Origin: Patescibacteria group bacterium
Lineage (GTDB): Bacteria; Patescibacteriota; Patescibacteriia; JAHIZJ01
Direction of reading: 5' to 3'
Length of the DNA stretch: 64,000 bases
NCBI GenBank assembly: GCA_028714495.1
Contig: JAQTMH010000001.1
Location: 9,721-73,720 of the forward strand
How positions within the stretch are numbered: the first letter of the stretch is position 1; every line of letters starts with the position of its first letter. Shown here piece by piece: positions 59,134 to 64,000 of this stretch. A program made the position numbers and the translations under genes. The notes beneath the pieces were generated by a model. It was not told where the DNA came from and ran no database searches. It was given only the letters and a program-made list of their open reading frames with translations.

Positions 59134-59982
59134 TCAAATCGAGGTTTTTGCCTGATTTGTAGCCTTTTCTTGGGTATTTATAGATGTTACCAACATATTC
59201 CAGTCGTCTAGTGACAGCTCCTGGGCTCTGGCTTTTAGGCTAATGCCGCACTTATCAAAAATCTGGTTTATCTCCGAGACATCCAGATGTAATCCGGCGC
59301 GTAAATTATTCTGAAGCTGTTTTCGCCGGGAGGAAAAGCCGATACGGACCAAGCGGAAAAAATCCTTATCCGACTCTTTGGTTTCTCTCAAATGATTGAT
59401 CTGAACCACCGCCGAATCAACTTCCGGCTCAGGCCAAAATAATTCTCGCGGCACTAAAAACATTTTTTTAACGTCGGCGTAATATTGAACTGATACGGCC
59501 AATAAACTTAATTCTCCGGGCTGGGCAGTCAGCCGATCAGCCACCTCATTCTGAATAAGCAAGGTCAGGCTTTTGGGCTTAGGCGGCTGGGAAATAAATT
59601 CCTTGAGCAGATGCGCTGTCAAATAATAGGGCAGGTTAGCTACTATCTTATAATTAAACTCTGGCAAGCTTGAGCCGGCTTTTGCCCGCCAATAAAAAAT
59701 ATCATCACAGATTATTTCGACATTGGAATATGTTTTTAAATTCTTTTTTAAAATTGGCAAAAGCCGGCGATCGCGTTCAACGGCAATAACCTTTTTGCAG
59801 GCTTGGGCTAATAGTTCAGTCAGATTGCCCGGGCCAGCCCCGATTTCAAGCACTAGGTCTTCTTGTGTCAGGTTCGCGGCGCCAACAATTTTTTTAAGAG
59901 TCGCCTGGTCAATTAAAAAATTTTGACCAGTGTCTTTATCCGGCTTATGGCCAAAATCTCTAAGCTGTTTTTTTAGATCCAT
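59134..59982 (-). CDS. rsmA: 16S rRNA dimethyladenosine transferase
   Basis: GQNFLID, VLEIGAGPG, VANLPY, FWPEPEVDS, FSSRRKQL. Confidence 0.97.
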   Translation of the reverse strand: MDLKKQLRDFGHKPDKDTGQNFLIDQATLKKIVGAANLTQEDLVLEIGAGPGNLTELLAQACKKVIAVERDRRLLPILKKNLKTYSNVEIICDDIFYWRAKAGSSLPEFNYKIVANLPYYLTAHLLKEFISQPPKPKSLTLLIQNEVADRLTAQPGELSLLAVSVQYYADVKKMFLVPRELFWPEPEVDSAVVQINHLRETKESDKDFFRLVRIGFSSRRKQLQNNLRAGLHLDVSEINQIFDKCGISLKARAQELSLDDWNMLVTSINTQEKATNQAKTSI

Positions 59983-60001
59983 TTAAACCACGTGATACTA
60001 A

Positions 60002-61168
60002 TTATAAAAAATTATACAGAAGTGACATAGCCCCGGCCAGAAGAAAGGCAAAGACAAATCCGGCTGATAGCCCAAAAAACTGAATCACCAAAATAATACT
60101 GATCAGGGCAAGTACCTTCCCGACTACTAGGGCCATCTCCAGGAAAAGAACCCGGTTCATAATATCGTGACGCCGCGCCTTCAGATAAGTAATGGCTATC
60201 ACCGGCACATAAATCATGTTTTTTGAAATGCGCGAAAGAGTGTCGGCCAAAAAAATCAAGCCGGTCGAGCTAGCCAGATACCGCAGCCACCAGGAAATCA
60301 GATATAAAATACTGCCCAGCTTTATGACCGGGTGTTTATGGTGCTTATCGCAAATCCGGCCGACAAAGAGCGTAACCAGAGCTGTAACCAGGGTGGCCAA
60401 TGCGATAACTGATCCTATTTTCCAATAGCTTTTTATTATCAAATAGATGAAAATCGGCCAGATTACCATGACAACCAGCTCCTCGCCAAAACCCATATAG
60501 GCAAAAAGCCGGCGCCGGCGCTTCGGATGAATCAACTTCTTGTAGGCGTCGCCGTAGGAAAAAGGCTTGGGTGTGACCCGCTCTTCGGTCAGGAGAAACG
60601 GCAGGTTTGAAACCATAATCAGAACGATTACCACGATAAACAGCGTATTGAAACTGGCTAGGGTGATAATTAAACCGCCGATGAGCGGCCCCAGGACATA
60701 AACCAGGTCGTTTATAACTTTCAGAGTGCTTATTTCTCTGGCTTGCTCGCTCTCATCGGAAAAACTGGCAAAGTTCGCGTGATAGCCAGGCCAGTAAAAC
60801 ATTTTTTGCAGGGCTATGGCCGCGGCCGCGAAATAGATGAGCCAGGGCACCAAGGGCAGGGCGTAGAGACAGAGGTAGAAGGCAATCAAGAAAAATGTAC
60901 TGATTAAAATACTTTTTTCATAGCCTCGGGCGTTGGCGTACTTCGCGCCCAGCGGCATAATGGCAAAATACAGGGCGTACATGCCAAGGTAAAAAAGTAA
61001 TATTTTTGCCACCGAATAACCGATGGTGTAGAAATAAATCGGCTCGAAGATTGTCACCGCGGCCGTAGCGAAATCCATTATGGCTACGGAAAGATAAAGC
61101 TCACGCATGGGCCGTTTGAGGCGGCGGGCGAAGAAATGAGACGGATTGTAATTAAAAATTTTAAACAT
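60002..61168 (-). CDS. MFS-like transporter
   Basis: about 12 TM helices; paralog of 61789-62955. Confidence 0.8.
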   Translation of the reverse strand: MFKIFNYNPSHFFARRLKRPMRELYLSVAIMDFATAAVTIFEPIYFYTIGYSVAKILLFYLGMYALYFAIMPLGAKYANARGYEKSILISTFFLIAFYLCLYALPLVPWLIYFAAAAIALQKMFYWPGYHANFASFSDESEQAREISTLKVINDLVYVLGPLIGGLIITLASFNTLFIVVIVLIMVSNLPFLLTEERVTPKPFSYGDAYKKLIHPKRRRRLFAYMGFGEELVVMVIWPIFIYLIIKSYWKIGSVIALATLVTALVTLFVGRICDKHHKHPVIKLGSILYLISWWLRYLASSTGLIFLADTLSRISKNMIYVPVIAITYLKARRHDIMNRVLFLEMALVVGKVLALISIILVIQFFGLSAGFVFAFLLAGAMSLLYNFL

Positions 61169-61784
61169 TCTGGGCGGGAATCTTAATTGCTCCGGCGCGT
61201 AAAACTACCAGCCGGCCCTTGACCACCTGGATAATAGTGGAAGGCGGGCTTGGTTTCAATTTCCCTCCGTCGATAATTAAATCCGGCTGATCGTGCGCCT
61301 TCTCAAATTGAGCAAAAATTTCCTTGACCGAAAAACAGGGCGGTCGGCCGGACAAATTGGCGCTGGTTGAGGTGATCGGCCGGCCGTATTTTTTCAGCAG
61401 GGCCAGGACAAAGGCGTGCTTAGGCTTTCTGGCGGCAATGGTGTCACGACCACCCGTCAGAAGCTTCGGCACCAGATCAGTTTTCGGAAAAACCAGGGCG
61501 AGCGGTCCCGGCCAATATTTCTTCATCACTTCCTCATCCTCCGACGACACCCGGGCCACCGTGTCGAGCTGGGCCCGATTATAAACTACAACCTGAATCC
61601 CTTTGGTGGCTAACCGGCCTTTTATCTGAATCACCCGTTCGATCGCCCGCTGGTCAAAAGGATCAGCACCTAGGCCGTACATGGTTTCGGTCGGGTAGAC
61701 GATAACGCCGCGGGATTTCAAGACTCGGCCAGCCAGGTCAATCACCTGTTTTTGATTAGTTCGCGTCAGCTTGATTATTTTCAT
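61161..61784 (-). CDS. tsaC: L-threonylcarbamoyladenylate synthase
   Basis: YPTETMYGLG, KGR, WPGPL, STSANLSG, PSTII. Confidence 0.95.
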   Translation of the reverse strand: MKIIKLTRTNQKQVIDLAGRVLKSRGVIVYPTETMYGLGADPFDQRAIERVIQIKGRLATKGIQVVVYNRAQLDTVARVSSEDEEVMKKYWPGPLALVFPKTDLVPKLLTGGRDTIAARKPKHAFVLALLKKYGRPITSTSANLSGRPPCFSVKEIFAQFEKAHDQPDLIIDGGKLKPSPPSTIIQVVKGRLVVLRAGAIKIPAQNV

Positions 61785-61788
61785 CTGG

Positions 61789-62955
61789 CTAAATTAAATT
61801 CATAAAAAGCGAAAAAATAGCCGCGAACCAGAAAATGCTTTTCAAGCTTACGATTCCGACCAGAATCAAAAGGACTAAATACATTAAAGCCTTGCCGAGA
61901 TTCAACGACATTTCGCGAAAAACCGTCATTTCATCAACGTAATGTCCGGCATCGGCCATCCGTTCATACGTCATGGCGTCAAAGGGCGTGCGCATTACCG
62001 ATTGAGCCAGATTGTGGTAGGTGGAAACCAAAAAAATTTGATAGCCGGTCTCGACGAATACTTTCAATATCCAGCCGACCGAGTAAATCAAGGTGCCCAG
62101 GTTGAGCAGGCGGCGTTTCGGCATTTGATCGGTGTATTTGCCGGTCAGTAAGCGCAAAACTATCGTGGCGAAAATTATCAAAGCGGAGATCGCGCCGATG
62201 TCAAGGTAATTGCCCTTTAATACCTCGTAAATAAACAGCGGCCAAATCACCAAACCGATCGCATTTTCAGCGCCTTCAGCGCCGTAGGCATAGAGCAGAC
62301 GCCGGTGTTTCGTGAAAAGCCGGCGGAAGGTTTCGAAATAGCCATAGGAATAATTTTCCTTGACCGTTCGGGTAAAAATCAAAGGAAACATCGAAACAAC
62401 CACCAAAATAATCACCATCACGATCAGACTCTGATAACCAAATTTCGCGATAATGAAGCCCGATAGAACCGGCGCCAATACCCCGATCAAAGCCGTGATG
62501 GATTCGAGAAAGCCGATTTGCTTGCCCCGATTCGCCCGGTCCGTGAATTCCGCGAACTCCGTGTGATAGGGCACCCAATATAGCATCCGCCAGACGGTGG
62601 CCGCGATAATCGACATGATTAAAAAGCTCCAGGCATTGCCGACATCGACAAAATACAGGGCGAGGTAGAAAAGAGCCAGGAACGGCACGCTCAACATCAT
62701 CGAGAGCTTCAGGCCGAATTTGCTCATCAGCCTGGCGCCGGGTTGAACCAGAAATAAATACATCAGCCACGTTAAAAAATAATACAGCATCACCGCCGAC
62801 AGGGAGAAATTCAGCTTCTCATACAAAAAAATCGGCAGAAAAAGACCGAGCAAGCCGATCGCCAGTCCCTGAATCAACCGTTGGGAATAGAGCGCGATAA
62901 TGTCAGATGAAAAATGTGTTTTCGGAAAGATGAGGCTCAGCCAGGATTTTTTCAT
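61789..62955 (-). CDS. MFS-like transporter
   Basis: about 12 TM helices; YWVPYH, GKYTD. Confidence 0.8.
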   Translation of the reverse strand: MKKSWLSLIFPKTHFSSDIIALYSQRLIQGLAIGLLGLFLPIFLYEKLNFSLSAVMLYYFLTWLMYLFLVQPGARLMSKFGLKLSMMLSVPFLALFYLALYFVDVGNAWSFLIMSIIAATVWRMLYWVPYHTEFAEFTDRANRGKQIGFLESITALIGVLAPVLSGFIIAKFGYQSLIVMVIILVVVSMFPLIFTRTVKENYSYGYFETFRRLFTKHRRLLYAYGAEGAENAIGLVIWPLFIYEVLKGNYLDIGAISALIIFATIVLRLLTGKYTDQMPKRRLLNLGTLIYSVGWILKVFVETGYQIFLVSTYHNLAQSVMRTPFDAMTYERMADAGHYVDEMTVFREMSLNLGKALMYLVLLILVGIVSLKSIFWFAAIFSLFMNLI

Positions 62956-64000
62956 TTTTTGACCACGAGATTAATCAATCGGCCTGGTACGTAAATTACT
63001 TTTTTAGGCTCCTGGCCGTTGAGAAATGTATTTATTTTTTCGCTGGTCATGGCTTTGGTCTTTGCTTGTTCCTCAGAAATGCCGGCTGGGACCGTGATTC
63101 GATCGCGCACCTTGCTATTGACCTGCACCACCAGGTCAAACGTTTCCTCTTTTATCAGTTCGGGGTCAAATTTCGGCCAGCTGGAATTAAATACTGAATT
63201 TTTCTCACCTAGTCTCCCCCAGAGCTCCTCAGCCAGGTGCGGGGCAAAAGGCGATAGTAATTTAACAAAGCTGCCAAAATCTTTCTTGGAAATTGAAGAT
63301 TCGGCCATCAACCGGTTCGTGAAAATCATCAGGCTGCTTACGCCGGTATTAAAATTGAACGTCTCGATATCGCTCCCTACTTTTCTAATCGTCTGGTGGA
63401 GCAGGCGAAGTGTTTCGCTGTCAGTCGAAGCGCCGACCTTTTCCTGGACAGACCAAACCTTATCAAGGAATCTTTTCACGCCGATCAGGCCATTCGTCTT
63501 CCAGGGCTTGACCGCTTCAAACGGCCCCATGAACATCTCATAAATCCGAACCGTGTCAGCTCCGAATTTCTTGATCATTTCGTCTGGATTGACGACATTG
63601 CCGCGCGATTTGGACATTTTCTGGTTGTCCTCGCCCAGAATTAAACCTTGATTTTTCAACTTTTGGAACGGCTCGGGCGTCGGTATCAATCCCGCGTCGA
63701 ATAAAACCATGTGCCAGAACCGCGCATACATCAAATGAAGCACCGCGTGTTCAGCTCCGCCCACGTACAGATCAACCGGCTGCCAATATAACATTTTCTT
63801 ATTTTGTCTACGCAGCCACTTTTCTAAAAACCTGATCTTCGCGTCATCGCCTAAATTCTTTCGCGTGTCTGATTCGCGTTTATTAATGTAATTGTAGTGG
63901 CTGAGATTGTATTTTGGTGAAACCACCCGGTAGCTGAAATCGAACAGCCTTCCGAGTTCAGCGCTGGGCAAATCAGCCGGTTTCATTTTCTGTGCGGCGT
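62952..64000 (-). CDS. leuS: leucine--tRNA ligase, 3' part (5' end outside window)
   Basis: YWQPVDLYVGGAEHAVLHL, KMSKS, PFAPHLAEELW, VQVNSKVR. Confidence 0.96.
   Translation of the reverse strand, partial: AAQKMKPADLPSAELGRLFDFSYRVVSPKYNLSHYNYINKRESDTRKNLGDDAKIRFLEKWLRRQNKKMLYWQPVDLYVGGAEHAVLHLMYARFWHMVLFDAGLIPTPEPFQKLKNQGLILGEDNQKMSKSRGNVVNPDEMIKKFGADTVRIYEMFMGPFEAVKPWKTNGLIGVKRFLDKVWSVQEKVGASTDSETLRLLHQTIRKVGSDIETFNFNTGVSSLMIFTNRLMAESSISKKDFGSFVKLLSPFAPHLAEELWGRLGEKNSVFNSSWPKFDPELIKEETFDLVVQVNSKVRDRITVPAGISEEQAKTKAMTSEKINTFLNGQEPKKVIYVPGRLINLVVKK

Overview
Chromosomal segment of a probable Patescibacteria (CPR, ABY1-like) bacterium. The taxonomy is inferred from gene content, and the ORFs read in standard code 11. 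Housekeeping genes include mfd, dprA, topA, parAB, lgt, secDF, rsmA, tsaC, the 3' end of leuS and three tRNAs. They are interleaved with accessory modules: (1) a 2.5 kb islet bounded by a 121-bp duplication of the topA 3' end; (2) an integrase-less integron-like cassette array with an attI-like site, one full attC-like site and several collapsed mini-attC sites; (3) a nested tRNA locus in which an intact tRNA-Leu(CAA) sits inside a palindromic element, itself inserted in a second, decayed tRNA-Leu(CAA) carrying four palindromic insertions; (4) a GIY-YIG nuclease between two CAT tRNAs, each followed by a conserved structured repeat; (5) a REP/RAYT-associated block with three tandem phosphohistidine-swivel proteins lacking an ATP-grasp domain; (6) a T4SS-like set (VirD4-like ATPase, VirB6/TraG-like membrane protein, a 3331-aa Cys-rich surface protein) with a DsbA/thioredoxin cluster, plus a SecD carrying an inserted parvulin PPIase. 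A stand-alone promoter-RNA-terminator unit near 1.2 kb is a strong ncRNA candidate. No CRISPR array, rRNA, reverse transcriptase or integrase was seen. All family calls come from motif recognition by eye, with no database search.
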